A DNA stretch of 64,000 nucleotides from Eubacteriales bacterium (GCA_045596605.1 JAZOCR010000143.1:3743-67742); one strand, 5' to 3'. Numbered from the stretch's first letter, positions 17,461 to 28,890 are shown. The notes: generated from the letters alone by a model not told the origin. Program-made: numbers and translations.

Positions 17461-18309
17461 ATGACGTACGACAACAGAGCAATAGGTGTTTTTGATTCGG
17501 GACTCGGCGGACTTACGTCGGTTCGTGAAATTGAAAGAGTGCTCCCGAATGAAAATATAATATATTTCGGTGATACCGGCAGAGTGCCCTACGGCACAAG
17601 GTCGGCAGAAACTATTCTGAAGTACTCCCGTGACGATTTGCGATTTCTTGAAGGCATGGGCGTGAAAGCGGTGCTTGTTGCCTGCGGTACGGTAAGCTCT
17701 ATTGCCCTTGACATTCTTGAAAAGGAATCCGCTGTGCCGATTGTGGGCGTCGTGAAGCCTGCTTCAAAAGAGGCGGTGCGTCTTTCAAGAGAAAGGAGCA
17801 GTGGCGTGTGTGGGAATATCGCCGTTCTCGGAACTCCCGCAACTGCAAAAAACGGTGCTTACGAAAGAGAAATACTTAAAACGCAGCCGGACGCAAGGGT
17901 TATGTCTGTAGGCTGCCCGATGTTCGTTCCGCTTGTGGAAAACGGCTATACCGAAAAGAATAACCCCGTAACGCTTCTTGTTGCAAAGGAGTATATCGGT
18001 AAGCTTTCGGATTTTGCACCATCTGCGATAATTCTCGGCTGTACCCATTATCCGCTCATAAGGGAAACTATTGAAGGTGCGTGCCTTGAGGTGCTCGGAT
18101 ATGTTCCGAAAATAGTTGACGCAGGAGCCTGTGCTGCAAAGGAGCTTTCAGTGCTTCTTTCGGGAAAAGGCATTTGTGCAGACGGAAAGCAGTCAGGCAG
18201 CTCGGAATTTTTCGTCAGTGACGAAACCCATAATTTCAGTGAAACGGCGTCGGCTTTTCTCGGACGGCGTATCGACAAGGTAAGTAAGATAAACGTAGAA
18301 AAGGAATAA
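17461..18309 (+). CDS. murI: Glutamate racemase
   Basis: IGVFDSGLGGLT, both catalytic-Cys contexts (LVACGT and ILGCTHYP), ATG at 17461 after GGAGG (17450-17454). Confidence 0.9.
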   Translation: MTYDNRAIGVFDSGLGGLTSVREIERVLPNENIIYFGDTGRVPYGTRSAETILKYSRDDLRFLEGMGVKAVLVACGTVSSIALDILEKESAVPIVGVVKPASKEAVRLSRERSSGVCGNIAVLGTPATAKNGAYEREILKTQPDARVMSVGCPMFVPLVENGYTEKNNPVTLLVAKEYIGKLSDFAPSAIILGCTHYPLIRETIEGACLEVLGYVPKIVDAGACAAKELSVLLSGKGICADGKQSGSSEFFVSDETHNFSETASAFLGRRIDKVSKINVEKE

Positions 18310-18334
18310 GTATAACAAAGACGGAAAATTAAAT

Positions 18335-19027
18335 ATGGCTACTAAATACTATGGCAGAACACAGTACGACTTTGAGCCCAACGTGAGAATACTTCTTAAA
18401 AGGCAAAGCGTTTTTGTGAAAATGCCGGAGCCTGACGTTACAAGTCCTCTGTACGGAAAAATCGACAACGGAACAGATGACAGTGCGGGCTATGATGAGA
18501 GAAAATACAACAATTCAATAATGCGCTTCAGCCCTCTGTTTCACAGAATGAGAACGCTTCGGAAAAATATTGAGAGAACGGACTCATTTCTGGAGAAGGA
18601 CGAGCTGTATAGCGAAACCGCCCCGGCGCTTCCGGGTGAAAGCGAATTTTACTGCGACGGCAGACTTGATATAACTTGTGACGGCAAAATCATCCGCATC
18701 GCAGACGGCGAGGAAATAGAAATAACAAATGACGGTACGGTGTACTGGAAGAAAAACGACCCCTTTACGCCGGTACTTACCTTGGAAAAAGGACAAAGAA
18801 TCTCTCACGCAGATTATCCCTATCTTGATTTTCTCCTGAAGCTTGGCGTAGAGCCGGAGCTTGTTTCAAGAACCTGCGTGACTCTTGATTTTTCCGACGG
18901 TATTTCCGAGTACGGTGGAACTCTTGAGCTTTCATACGTGGTTGAGCTTTGCGGAGCGGAGCTTGAAAGCACGAGGCTGACACTTACGCTTTATCCGATT
19001 CTCGGTGAAAAGCAGTGCCTTGATTAA
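18335..19027 (+). CDS. Hypothetical protein (C-terminal half possibly DUF1934-like)
   Basis: 230-aa ORF tightly spaced after murI. The weak resemblance of the C-terminal beta-rich region to the YwiB/DUF1934 pattern is from memory only. Confidence 0.5.
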   Translation: MATKYYGRTQYDFEPNVRILLKRQSVFVKMPEPDVTSPLYGKIDNGTDDSAGYDERKYNNSIMRFSPLFHRMRTLRKNIERTDSFLEKDELYSETAPALPGESEFYCDGRLDITCDGKIIRIADGEEIEITNDGTVYWKKNDPFTPVLTLEKGQRISHADYPYLDFLLKLGVEPELVSRTCVTLDFSDGISEYGGTLELSYVVELCGAELESTRLTLTLYPILGEKQCLD

Positions 19028-19065
19028 AGCTACAGAAAAGGTAAAAGGATTTTTGAAAGGAAAAG

Positions 19066-20787
19066 GTGTTAAAATTGAAATTTGCAAAAAGATTGTGTGC
19101 TGTGATGCTGTGCATTTCGGTATGTCTGTCAAGCCTTGTTTTTGCACAAGGCGGCGAGGGATATTATGCAGGCAGCACACCTGATTATAAAGAAGAATAC
19201 AGCAGCTATCAGTATGATTTATTTATGGAAATATTCAAAATGTATTCGGAAACCCATTTATATGAGTTTACCGAAGAGGAGCTTACAGAAGCCTTTGTTA
19301 TGAAGCTTCTGCATGACTACCCTGAGCTGTTTAAGCTGTTTGTAAATACTATGCTCGGAACTATGGATGGGTACAGCTCCTATTATGAAACCGGCACAGG
19401 CATTGCGGCGGGCAAGAGCACTATTGGATACGGAATAGCCCTTGGAGATGAAACAAGCTACGAGGCTCGCAAGATGGGACTCACAGAGCCGGGAATCTAC
19501 GTAACGCAGGTGCTTTATAACTCCAACGCACTAAAAGCAGGAATAAAGGTAGGCGACAGGCTTGTGAGCGTTGAGGGGATATCCACCGAGGGAATAACTC
19601 CTGATGCAGCACTGGGGCTTGTCAGAATGCTTCCATATGTAAAGGAAGAAGCTTTTGATGAAAATGGTAACAGCCTTGGTATTCCGGATGAGCCGGAATT
19701 TATCGTAGACGAGACTACAGGAAAAAAATCCTATCCTTTGCATCTTACCCTTGAAAGAAACGGCAAGACCTATGACGTTTCGCTTACTAAGGGAGAAATG
19801 CTTGCGTCGAATATTACCTACGATGCACAGGAGGATAAAAGCTACGCCTATATAGGAATATCCTCCTTCCAGGGCGACACCGTCGTTCAGGATTTCAAAG
19901 CTGCACTTCAAAGCGCAGAAAGTGACGGGCGTAAAAACCTTATAATAGACCTTCGTGGAAACGGTGGCGGCGTTCTTGACTACGCAAAGGAAATGGCTGA
20001 TATGCTGGTAACGGGCAAGGACAAGGTTCTGTTTTACATAAACTCCAGAGGCGTGGAGGAGCCGGAGGCGGTGCTTTCCGATGACGAAGGCTACGAGTTT
20101 GATAAAATAACACTTATAGTGGATGAATATACCGCAAGTGCATCAGAGCTTTTTGCTATGATTTTGCAGTATTACTGCGATGCAAAGCTCGTAGGAAAAA
20201 CCACCTACGGAAAGGGCGTGGGACAGTCTGCATATGAATTTGCTACCGGAGATATGTTCACTATTACAACCTTTGAAATGCTGACACCGGACCTTGAGTC
20301 CTACAACGGTGTGGGACTTATCCCTGATGCTGAAATAAAGACTTGCCTTAAAAAATACACCTTCCCCGAAAGCCTTGAAATTTTCAACTATATAAATTAC
20401 AAGGAAATTTCAGAGGGAACGCAGAGTGACACTGTGCTGGGACTTGAAAAAAGACTGTATATGCTTGGATATCTACGCTTGGAAAAGGTAGACGGCATAT
20501 ATGACAAGAGTACTACCTCTGCGATAAACTCAATGAAGCTGTACCGCACGAAGGAGCCGACAGGACTTCTTGACGACGAGGACGTAGAGCGTATAACCCT
20601 TGAAATAAACAACCTCAAAAATTATTACTACGAGTACGATTCACAGATTGAAGTTGCTGAAATGTCCTTCAGCTCTCTGTCGCAGGCGAAGCGCCGTGCA
20701 AAAGAGCTTGAAAATGCATCAAAGAAGGTAGAGCAGCATAAGGCGGAATACCTTGAAGAAGCCCGTAAGGAAGCAATGGGGGAATGA
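19066..20787 (+). CDS. S41 family C-terminal processing peptidase with PDZ and peptidoglycan-binding-like domains
   Basis: Signal peptide, PDZ (GIKVGDRLVSVEG), DLRGNGGG, catalytic-Ser context TASASE, and a PG_binding_1-like C-terminal segment (LGLEKRLYMLGY). The start is GTG 19066 or TTG 19075. Confidence 0.85.
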   Translation: MLKLKFAKRLCAVMLCISVCLSSLVFAQGGEGYYAGSTPDYKEEYSSYQYDLFMEIFKMYSETHLYEFTEEELTEAFVMKLLHDYPELFKLFVNTMLGTMDGYSSYYETGTGIAAGKSTIGYGIALGDETSYEARKMGLTEPGIYVTQVLYNSNALKAGIKVGDRLVSVEGISTEGITPDAALGLVRMLPYVKEEAFDENGNSLGIPDEPEFIVDETTGKKSYPLHLTLERNGKTYDVSLTKGEMLASNITYDAQEDKSYAYIGISSFQGDTVVQDFKAALQSAESDGRKNLIIDLRGNGGGVLDYAKEMADMLVTGKDKVLFYINSRGVEEPEAVLSDDEGYEFDKITLIVDEYTASASELFAMILQYYCDAKLVGKTTYGKGVGQSAYEFATGDMFTITTFEMLTPDLESYNGVGLIPDAEIKTCLKKYTFPESLEIFNYINYKEISEGTQSDTVLGLEKRLYMLGYLRLEKVDGIYDKSTTSAINSMKLYRTKEPTGLLDDEDVERITLEINNLKNYYYEYDSQIEVAEMSFSSLSQAKRRAKELENASKKVEQHKAEYLEEARKEAMGE

Positions 20788-20870
20788 CGGGGGCGCAGCG
20801 AGTTAAGAGCAGCGCAGTGCTGAAAAATCATAATTATATATGGCTATTATAAAAAAGGACGGTATAAACA

Positions 20871-23435
20871 ATGAGTGACAACAACAATATTATGGACGGA
20901 ACCTTCAGCGAGTATCATAAGAATGACAAAATCGTGGACGTAGAGATTTCCAGAGAAGTAAGAACCTCATTTATGGACTATGCAATGTCGGTAATCGTGG
21001 ACAGAGCACTTCCCGACGTTCGTGACGGATTAAAGCCCGTACATAGAAGAATACTCTATTCAATGTACGAGGACGGACTTACCTATAATAAACCCTTTAG
21101 AAAATCCGCTACCACCGTAGGTAACGTGCTTGGTCATTATCATCCTCACGGTGACGCATCGGTATACGACGCAATGGTAAGACTTGCACAGCCCTTCTCT
21201 ATGCGTTACCCCCTTGTTGAAGGACACGGTAACTTCGGTAACATAGACGGCGACGGCGCTGCTGCATACCGTTATACTGAGGCAAGACTTGCAAAAATGT
21301 CCGAGGAAATGGTAACAGACCTTGATAAAGACGTCGTTGACTTTATGCCGAACTTCGACAACAAGCAGAAGGAGCCGACGGTGCTTCCCTCAAGATTCCC
21401 AAATCTCCTTGTAAACGGCTCCGTTGGTATTGCCGTAGGTATGGCTACCAATATTCCTCCTCATAATCTCTGTGAGGTAATAGACGGCGTTATCCACCTT
21501 ATAGATAACCCGGATGCGGAAATTACCGAGCTTATGAACTTCATAAAGGGTCCGGACTTCCCCACAGGCGGTACTATTTACGGTATGAACGGCATATACG
21601 AGGCGTATATGACCGGCAGAGGTAAAATTCCCGTTCGTGCAAAATGCGATTTTGAGGAGAAAAAAGGAAAAACCTCCATTATTGTTACGGAAATACCCTA
21701 TATGCAGAGAAAGGGAGCTCTTGTTGAAGCGATAGCTGACCTTGTTAAGAACAAGAGAATAGAGGGCATTACTGCGATAAACGACGTTTCGGATATGAGA
21801 AACGGTACAAGAGTTGTTATTGAGCTTCGCCGTGACGCAAATCCCAATCTTATACTTAATCAGCTTTATAAGTACAGTCCGCTCCAGGATACCTTTGCGG
21901 TTAATATGCTTGCGCTTGTTGGCGGTGAGCCTAAAACCCTCAATCTCAAAGAGATGCTTCGCCACTATCTTGACCACCAGATAAATGTCGTAACAAGACG
22001 CCTTCAGTACGACCTTGAAAAAGCGCAGAGAAGAATGCATATTTTGGAAGGCCTTAAAATCGCAATTGACAATATCGACGAGGTTATAAAGATAATCAGA
22101 GCTTCAAAGACCATTCCGGACGCAAGAGAAGCACTTATTGCCCGCTTTGCACTTTCGGAAATTCAGGCGCAGGAAATCGTTCAGATGCCTCTTGGACGTC
22201 TGTCGGGACTTGAAATTGATAAGCTCCTTGAAGAAATTGAAGCACTTCGCAAGAAGATAGAAAACCTTGTTGAAATCCTTGCAGATATTACCAAGATTGA
22301 AAATATCGTTCGTGAGGACCTTCTTGAAATCAAGAGAAAGTATGGCGACGAAAGAAAAACAAGAATCGAGCAGGTTGAAAACGAAATTCTTATGGAAGAC
22401 CTTATCGAGCGCCGTGACTGCGTTCTGACAATCAGCCACGCAGGCTACATCAAGAGAATGGATGCAGATACCTATAACGCACAGCGTAGAGGCGGCAGAG
22501 GTGTTATCGGTATGCAGACCAAGGAGGAGGACTTCGTTCAGGACGTTATTATCGCCCATAGCCACGATTATCTTCTTATGTTTACAAGCTACGGCAGAAT
22601 GTACGTTAAGAAGGGCTACGAAATCCCTGAGTCCGGCAAGGCGTCAAAGGGTACGAATATCATAAATATCATTGACGTTGATAAGGACGAAAAGCTTACT
22701 GCAAGCGTTTCTGTGACCGAGTTTGACAGCGAAACTTACCTTACTATGATAACAAAGAACGGCATCATAAAGAGAACAGAGCTTTCGGCGTACAAGAACT
22801 ACCGTAGAGGCGGTCTTAACGCAATAAATCTCGACGAGGGTGACGAGCTTCTCTACGTCCTTAAAACCACCGGCGACTGCGATATTCTCGTTGCAACCCA
22901 TAACGGTCTTGTCGTACGCTTCTCTGAAGAAAGAGCAAGAAGCATCGGCAGAACTGCAAGAGGCGTTAAGGCTATTGAGCTTGCAGAGGACGACTTTGTT
23001 GTAGGCGCAGTTGCAATTACTCCTAATGATGAAAGAAATATTATAACTATTACCGAAAAGGGACTTGGTAAGCGTGCAAGCACAGACGAATTCCCGGTAC
23101 ACAACAGAGGCGGTAAGGGCGTTATAGGTCATAAGCTTACGGATAAGTCCGGCAAGCTCTGCGGCATTGCTGCAGTAGGTGCTGACGACGATATTATGCT
23201 TATTACCAACGAGGGCGTAATTATCAGAATCCATACAGAGGACATTTCGCTTCTCGGCAGAAACACCCAGGGCGTTAAGGTGATGAGAGTTGATGAAAAC
23301 GTATTTATTTACGGCATAACGGTTGTTAAGAAGGAAGAGGAAAAGGAAGAGGAAGAAGCAGACGAAGGCGTAGAAAATAGCGAAAATATTCCGACTGCAG
23401 ACCTTGCAGAAGCCGCAGAAAAGACGGAAGAATAA
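20871..23435 (+). CDS. gyrA: DNA gyrase subunit A
   Basis: DGLKPVHRR, the AAAYRYTE active-site Tyr region, a QRDR-like [14 protein letters not shown]-terminal beta-pinwheel repeats and an acidic tail. No gyrB is adjacent. Confidence 0.97.
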   Translation: MSDNNNIMDGTFSEYHKNDKIVDVEISREVRTSFMDYAMSVIVDRALPDVRDGLKPVHRRILYSMYEDGLTYNKPFRKSATTVGNVLGHYHPHGDASVYDAMVRLAQPFSMRYPLVEGHGNFGNIDGDGAAAYRYTEARLAKMSEEMVTDLDKDVVDFMPNFDNKQKEPTVLPSRFPNLLVNGSVGIAVGMATNIPPHNLCEVIDGVIHLIDNPDAEITELMNFIKGPDFPTGGTIYGMNGIYEAYMTGRGKIPVRAKCDFEEKKGKTSIIVTEIPYMQRKGALVEAIADLVKNKRIEGITAINDVSDMRNGTRVVIELRRDANPNLILNQLYKYSPLQDTFAVNMLALVGGEPKTLNLKEMLRHYLDHQINVVTRRLQYDLEKAQRRMHILEGLKIAIDNIDEVIKIIRASKTIPDAREALIARFALSEIQAQEIVQMPLGRLSGLEIDKLLEEIEALRKKIENLVEILADITKIENIVREDLLEIKRKYGDERKTRIEQVENEILMEDLIERRDCVLTISHAGYIKRMDADTYNAQRRGGRGVIGMQTKEEDFVQDVIIAHSHDYLLMFTSYGRMYVKKGYEIPESGKASKGTNIINIIDVDKDEKLTASVSVTEFDSETYLTMITKNGIIKRTELSAYKNYRRGGLNAINLDEGDELLYVLKTTGDCDILVATHNGLVVRFSEERARSIGRTARGVKAIELAEDDFVVGAVAITPNDERNIITITEKGLGKRASTDEFPVHNRGGKGVIGHKLTDKSGKLCGIAAVGADDDIMLITNEGVIIRIHTEDISLLGRNTQGVKVMRVDENVFIYGITVVKKEEEKEEEEADEGVENSENIPTADLAEAAEKTEE

Positions 23436-23947
23436 TGAAAATATATTCCTTTGAGTACGAAAAGCACTCGGAAAACGCAACCGATGATATAATAATCAGC
23501 GCAGTAAAGCTTTATCTTGAAGATAAGGGCAGGGATTCCGACGAGCTCCGAATAAGCGTCATCCGTGACGAATATGGAAAACCTCACATCACGGGCACAG
23601 ACGAAATTTTCGTCAGCGTTACCCACGCAGAAGCTCTCCTGCTTGTTGCGGTAGCACCATATGAAATTGGAATTGACGCTGAAAAAAGAGGAAGACGGGT
23701 GAAGCATCCCGCTTCTCTTTCAAAAAGATATTTTTGCGAAGATGAAATAGAATGTCTCGGAGAAACCCCCGATATAGATGAATTTGTTGATATGTGGGTA
23801 AAAAAGGAAGCTCTTTCAAAGCTTATCGGCAAAGGAATTCCCTGTATGCGCGAAATGAGCGTTTTTTCAGATAAAGTAATTTTTGAGCGTATTTCCGATT
23901 ACGACGGTTTTACCGTGTATACCGTGAAATACAGTGAAAGTAAATAA
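23435..23947 (+). CDS. 4'-phosphopantetheinyl transferase (Sfp-type)
   Basis: GKP...SVTH, GIDAE and W.KKEALSK motifs. The ATG overlaps the gyrA stop (TAATG at 23433-23437). Confidence 0.8.
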   Translation: MKIYSFEYEKHSENATDDIIISAVKLYLEDKGRDSDELRISVIRDEYGKPHITGTDEIFVSVTHAEALLLVAVAPYEIGIDAEKRGRRVKHPASLSKRYFCEDEIECLGETPDIDEFVDMWVKKEALSKLIGKGIPCMREMSVFSDKVIFERISDYDGFTVYTVKYSESK

Positions 23948-23977
23948 AAGCAAATATCAGTTTAAGGAGAAAGAAAA

Positions 23978-24634
23978 ATGAGCAAATCAAACGCAAAAAG
24001 AATGGATAAAAAAACTATTTTAAAAATGACACATCTCGCAATACTTGCGGCAATAATTGTTGTACTGCAAATTTTCTGTACAGTATTAACTTCTATGACG
24101 GGATTTGTGCCGATAACACTTGCACTTGTGCCAATTCTTGTAGGTGCTGCACTTTACGGAAAAGCAGCAGGAGCATTTTTGGGAACTGTGTTTGGTATCA
24201 TAGTTTTATGTATTGACCCGACTGCACATTTTCTCATCGGTCTTGATAAAGGAAGCACATTTTTGAACATAGTGCTCACAATAATTCTATGTATAGGCAA
24301 GGGTGCTGCAGCAGGCTTTGTTTCAGGGCTTATGTACGAAATATTTTCTAAAAAGAGTAAACTTGCAGGAGTTATTTCTGCGGGAGTGCTTTCTCCCATT
24401 GTAAACACAGGTATATTTGTTTCCGGTATGCTGATATTTTTCAACAGCACTATCAATGAATGGCAGGTAGGCTTTGCGCTGAATAATCCGGATAAACCCG
24501 CTACAATGATAGCTTACATAATATTTGGACTTTGCGGTATAAATTTCTTGATTGAGCTTCTGGTTAATTCAATTCTTGTACCTGCAATCGTAAGAATAAT
24601 TAATGTTTCGACAAACAAGAAAGGCAAAGATTAA
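23978..24634 (+). CDS. ECF transporter S component (substrate possibly pantothenate, judged from context)
   Basis: About 6 TM helices over 218 aa. AAGGAG RBS. Lies directly upstream of a type II pantothenate kinase. The substrate is inferred from context only. Confidence 0.65.
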   Translation: MSKSNAKRMDKKTILKMTHLAILAAIIVVLQIFCTVLTSMTGFVPITLALVPILVGAALYGKAAGAFLGTVFGIIVLCIDPTAHFLIGLDKGSTFLNIVLTIILCIGKGAAAGFVSGLMYEIFSKKSKLAGVISAGVLSPIVNTGIFVSGMLIFFNSTINEWQVGFALNNPDKPATMIAYIIFGLCGINFLIELLVNSILVPAIVRIINVSTNKKGKD

Positions 24635-24668
24635 AAGCTATTATTCTTAAAAGTAAAGGAAAGTAGTT

Positions 24669-25505
24669 ATGAGTAAAATAATAATTGGTATTGACGTCGG
24701 TGGAAGCACCACTAAAATTGTGGGGTTTCAGGGCGAAAAAATGATAAACCCCACATTTGTTAAGGCAGGAGACCCGGTGGCTTCCGTTTACGGAGCCTTC
24801 GGAAAATTCACATCGGAAAACAAAATAAAGCTTTCCGACATTGAAAAGGTAATGATGACGGGAGTTGGCTCGTCCTTTATAGATAGCGACCTTTACGGCA
24901 TACCCGCAGTACATAAAACCGAATTTGACTGCGTTGGACTTGGCGGTCTTTATCTCTCCGGACTTCGTGAGGCGATAATTGCAAGCCTTGGCACAGGTAC
25001 GGCTCTTGTGCACGCAGAGAGGGATGGTGCTATCGAGTATCTCGGCGGTACGGGCGTTGGCGGCGGTACGCTTATCGGACTTTCAAAGAAAATGCTCGGC
25101 GTACAGAATGTTGACAATATAGTTGAGCTTGCTTCTGACGGTGACCTTGATAACGTAGACCTTCGCATAAAGGATATCACCAATAAGGATATGCACCCCG
25201 GACTTCCGGACTTTATGACAGCTGCAAATTTCGGTAAGCTTTCCGACGTTGCAAGTAAAAGCGACGTAGCTCTCGGAATTATAAACCTGGTTTTCGAGTC
25301 GGTCGGTGTGCTCGGCGTTTTTGCAACAAAGAGATTTGGTATACAGGATATAGTGCTGACGGGAAACCTTACGACTATTCCCTATGCAAAACCGATATTT
25401 GATAATCTTTCAAATATGTTCGGAGTGAATATCCTGATACCTGAGAACGCTCAGTACGGAACGGTTATAGGTGCGGCACTTTCCGGAGTGCGTGAAAGCC
25501 TGTAA
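24669..25505 (+). CDS. coaW: Type II pantothenate kinase
   Basis: ASKHA-fold N-terminus IGIDVGGSTTKIVGF, GGTGVGGGTLIGLS, about 278 aa, as in Staphylococcus-type CoaW. Confidence 0.8.
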   Translation: MSKIIIGIDVGGSTTKIVGFQGEKMINPTFVKAGDPVASVYGAFGKFTSENKIKLSDIEKVMMTGVGSSFIDSDLYGIPAVHKTEFDCVGLGGLYLSGLREAIIASLGTGTALVHAERDGAIEYLGGTGVGGGTLIGLSKKMLGVQNVDNIVELASDGDLDNVDLRIKDITNKDMHPGLPDFMTAANFGKLSDVASKSDVALGIINLVFESVGVLGVFATKRFGIQDIVLTGNLTTIPYAKPIFDNLSNMFGVNILIPENAQYGTVIGAALSGVRESL

Positions 25506-25539
25506 GCACGCTTTTTCACGAAAATTTGGAGGAACGGCT

Positions 25540-26337
25540 TTGAAAATAGGTGCAAGCACAAAATCCTTCGGTGGAAAAACTGTAAAAGAAGTGGCAGAGA
25601 TTTTTGCAAAATGCGGTCTTACAGCTGCAGAGCTTTGCTTTTGCCAGAGTGACCTTTTGGGCTTCCGGTATAACCTTTGCGGAAATTCTGATTTGCCAAG
25701 CCTTGAAAATGTAAGAAATGCTACTGAAACCTTCAGGGACTTCGGCATAGACGTATGTGCTCTCGGAGTATACCTTAACTTCTGGAGCGGAACGGACGGC
25801 GAAATCTTTGATACTCTACGCCTTTTTACCGAGTACTGTGATATAGCGTACAGCCTTGACATCAGAGCTCTTTGCACCCATACGGGCAATACAAGTCAGA
25901 TACCAATGTCAAAAAGCTTTGGAAATGGGCTTTGTGAAAAAATGTACGAAGGCTTTACTTGTGCCTGCATTGAGGCGAAAAAGCGTGGGCTTACTGTTGC
26001 GGTAGAGTGCGGTGAAACGGATGCGGTGCAGGATTATAAGGGCTTTACAAAGCTTTGCGAGTACGTAAGAGAAAGCATCGGCAGCAGTGATATGCTGAAA
26101 TATATTTATACTCCCGTATTTTCAAAAAAAGTCTCGGACTCTGAAATTGCAATGATTCACCTGCGGGACAGAAAAAAAGACGGTAAATACTTTGAACGCT
26201 TCGGAGAGGGAGATGTGGATTTTTCTCCGTTCATCCCGGAGCTTGGACAAATGAAGGAGCTGCCGGTTATTCTTGAGTACGTCAACAGCGAAAACCTTTC
26301 GGATACGGTTAAAAAATTCCGTGAAATGACATTTTGA
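25540..26337 (+). CDS. Sugar phosphate isomerase/epimerase-like TIM-barrel protein
   Basis: Probable TTG start at 25540, 7 nt after GGAGG (25528-25532), giving LKIGASTKSF. The xylose-isomerase-like TIM pattern is a low-specificity call. Confidence 0.55.
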   Translation: MKIGASTKSFGGKTVKEVAEIFAKCGLTAAELCFCQSDLLGFRYNLCGNSDLPSLENVRNATETFRDFGIDVCALGVYLNFWSGTDGEIFDTLRLFTEYCDIAYSLDIRALCTHTGNTSQIPMSKSFGNGLCEKMYEGFTCACIEAKKRGLTVAVECGETDAVQDYKGFTKLCEYVRESIGSSDMLKYIYTPVFSKKVSDSEIAMIHLRDRKKDGKYFERFGEGDVDFSPFIPELGQMKELPVILEYVNSENLSDTVKKFREMTF

Positions 26338-26405
26338 AGCATATTGGCTTTTTATCTGCACGGTAAAATACTTGGATTTTTACGAAACATAAAGGGGATA
26401 ATGGA

Positions 26406-27365
26406 TTGAATAAAGAAAATATAATGAAAATTTCTTTGGAAATATTCTCCTTGCTTCTTATAGCGGCAGCCTTTTTCTTCGCCGTATCAGGCAGCATGGG
26501 CGACATGAATGCCGGACAATCGGAGCAGGATGGCACTGAAAGTAAGGACGAATTGCAGTCGTCGTTTGCAGAAGATACGGATAAAGAAGAGGAAAACGCT
26601 TCGCAAAGCGGTGAAAGGGGCGAAAACAACGAAAGTGTTGAGCTGTCGCAGGATGCCACGGAAGCAACCGTCGGTGTTTTTGAAATAAACAGATATAAAA
26701 ATGAACGGACGGCAGTCTGGGACAAGGGCAGGCTGATTGACGCTCCGTACATAAATCAGAAAGAGGATTTTCCCAACGGCTGCGAAAGCGTTTCAGCAGT
26801 TATGGCACTTCAGTATCTGGGTGTTGATATAGACGCACATACCTTTATTGAGGAGTATCTCGACATGGGAAGCTCACCCTACTATGTAGGTGGCGTGTGC
26901 TATGCCTGTGACCCGAGAGAGCAGTTTCCCGGAGACCCAAGACAAAAAAGCGGCTGGGGCTGTTATCCCGAGGTTATAAAAAAGGCGATAGACAAAATGG
27001 AGCTGTCAGATATGGAGGCGTTTGTAGTAAAGGGCGCAGAAATCCCCGAGCTTTGTGCAGAATATATCGATAAGGGAATCCCCGTTGTTATCTGGGCTAC
27101 CATTAATATGGCAGTACCCTCACAGTACGTTACCTGGAATATCGAGGGCACAGACGAAAAGCACACCTGGATAACTCCCTTCCACTGCGTGCTTTTTGTG
27201 GGCTACGACGAGGAATACTACTATTTCAACGACCCTATGGCGCAGAAAAATATGCGGTATTCTAAGGAAAGGGTAGAGCGTGCTTACAAGGGAATCGGCA
27301 GTGAAGCGCTTGTAATACTGGAAAAAGGACAAAAAATCCAAAATACGGCACAAAATCTTGAATAA
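26406..27365 (+). CDS. Membrane-anchored C39-like cysteine peptidase family protein
   Basis: N-terminal TM, acidic low-complexity linker, a Cys motif (FPNGCESVSAVMALQY) and a His motif (HCVLFVGYD). An alternative start is ATG 26424. Confidence 0.65.
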   Translation: MNKENIMKISLEIFSLLLIAAAFFFAVSGSMGDMNAGQSEQDGTESKDELQSSFAEDTDKEEENASQSGERGENNESVELSQDATEATVGVFEINRYKNERTAVWDKGRLIDAPYINQKEDFPNGCESVSAVMALQYLGVDIDAHTFIEEYLDMGSSPYYVGGVCYACDPREQFPGDPRQKSGWGCYPEVIKKAIDKMELSDMEAFVVKGAEIPELCAEYIDKGIPVVIWATINMAVPSQYVTWNIEGTDEKHTWITPFHCVLFVGYDEEYYYFNDPMAQKNMRYSKERVERAYKGIGSEALVILEKGQKIQNTAQNLE

Positions 27366-27450
27366 ACCCCTTGAAATATTGGGATTTATGTGTTATTATA
27401 TAGTTTAAGATATTTTATTATGTAAATTTATAGAAAAGGAATTGATAAAA

Positions 27451-28842
27451 ATGCAGAACAGCGAAAAGACAATGGAAAAAATCGTTGCCTACTGTAAAGG
27501 CAGAGGCTTCGTTTACGCAGGCAGTGAAATTTACGGCGGTCTTGCAAACTCATGGGACTACGGTCCCCTCGGCGTTGAACTCAAGAACAACGTAAAAAAA
27601 GCTTGGTGGAAAAAGTTCGTTCAGGAGTCAAAGTACAACGTAGGTCTTGACAGCGCAATCATTATGAACCCTGAAACATGGGTAGCTTCAGGACACCTTG
27701 GCGGCTTCTCAGACCCGCTTATGGACTGTAAGCAGTGTAAGACCCGTCACAGAGCAGATAAGCTTATCGAAGATTACGTAGCAAAGAACGGTCTTTCAGA
27801 TAACCCTGCAGGCATGTCTGACGCTGAGATGATGGACTATATAAAGGCTCACGGCATTGTTTGCCCGGACTGCGGCTCCGGTGACTTCACAGATATCCGT
27901 AAGTTCAACCTCATGTTTAAGACCTTCCAGGGCGTAACCGAGGACAAGAGCTCTACTCTTTATCTCCGTCCTGAAACAGCACAGGGTATCTTTGTAAACT
28001 TCAAAAATATCCAGAGAACAACGAGAAAGAAAATACCCTTCGGCGTTTGCCAGATAGGTAAGTCCTTCAGAAACGAAATCACTCCCGGTAACTTCACCTT
28101 CAGAACCCGTGAGTTTGAGCAGATGGAGCTTGAATTCTTCTGTGAGCCGGATACCGACCTTGAATGGTTTGCATATTGGAGAGGCTTCTGCAAACAGTGG
28201 CTTCTTGACCTTAATATGAGAGAAGAAAACCTCAGACTTCGTGACCACGACCCCGAGGGGCTTTCCTTCTACTCCAAGGCTACCACAGACTTTGAATTCC
28301 TCTTCCCCTTCGGCTGGGGCGAGCTCTGGGGTATTGCCGACAGAACAGACTACGACCTTACACAGCATACAAAGCACTCCGGCGAAGCTCTTGAATACTT
28401 CGACCAGGAAGCAAACAAGAAGTACATTCCTTACGTTGTTGAGCCTTCCCTTGGTGCTGACAGAGTTACACTCGCATTCCTTATCGACGCATACGACGAG
28501 GAAGAGCTCGAAGGCGGCGACACAAGAACAGTCCTCAGACTTCACGGTGCTCTTGCTCCCTTCAAGGCAGCAGTTCTTCCCCTTTCAAAGAAGCTTTCCG
28601 AAAAGGCAACCGAGGTTTACGACGAGCTTCGTAAATACTTTATGGTTGACTACGACGAAGCAGGCTCTATCGGTAAGAGATACAGACGTGAGGACGAAAT
28701 TGGTACTCCCGTATGTATTACCTACGACTTTGACTCTGAAAATGACGGCTGCGTAACCGTTCGTGACAGAGATACAATGCAGCAGGAAAGAATCAAGATA
28801 GAAGACCTCAGAAAGTATATCGAGGACAAAATTGCATTCTGA
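27451..28842 (+). CDS. glyQS: Glycine--tRNA ligase (dimeric GlyQS type)
   Basis: Class II motifs ([29 protein letters not shown]) and an anticodon-binding C-terminus. ATG at 27451. Confidence 0.95.
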   Translation: MQNSEKTMEKIVAYCKGRGFVYAGSEIYGGLANSWDYGPLGVELKNNVKKAWWKKFVQESKYNVGLDSAIIMNPETWVASGHLGGFSDPLMDCKQCKTRHRADKLIEDYVAKNGLSDNPAGMSDAEMMDYIKAHGIVCPDCGSGDFTDIRKFNLMFKTFQGVTEDKSSTLYLRPETAQGIFVNFKNIQRTTRKKIPFGVCQIGKSFRNEITPGNFTFRTREFEQMELEFFCEPDTDLEWFAYWRGFCKQWLLDLNMREENLRLRDHDPEGLSFYSKATTDFEFLFPFGWGELWGIADRTDYDLTQHTKHSGEALEYFDQEANKKYIPYVVEPSLGADRVTLAFLIDAYDEEELEGGDTRTVLRLHGALAPFKAAVLPLSKKLSEKATEVYDELRKYFMVDYDEAGSIGKRYRREDEIGTPVCITYDFDSENDGCVTVRDRDTMQQERIKIEDLRKYIEDKIAF

Positions 28843-28857
28843 TTTTAGATAAAGCTT

Positions 28858-28890
28858 TCCCCGAATGGATAAAACCGTTCGGGGATTTTT
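28858..28890 (+). terminator. Intrinsic terminator after glyQS
   Basis: TCCCCGAA (28858-28865) pairs with TTCGGGGA (28878-28885), followed by TTTTT. Confidence 0.8.

Noticed and set aside
22644-23480. A 278-aa minus-strand ORF; also 21390-22040 and 22104-22565
   Set aside because: They are antisense to gyrA, show no start signals, and their sequence looks like translated complement.
27366-27450. Search for T-box leaders upstream of glyQS, proS (32374-32414) and hisS-aspS (38872-38921)
   Set aside because: The spacers are only about 40-85 nt, with promoters close to the start codons. No specifier-loop or T-box (GGTGGTACCGCG-like) sequence is present. These synthetase genes appear to lack T-box control in this window.
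27796-28545. A 249-aa minus-strand ORF; also 171 aa on the + strand in another frame (28241-28756)
   Set aside because: Both overlap glyQS, which carries unmistakable class II synthetase motifs. They are shadow ORFs typical of codon-biased genes.
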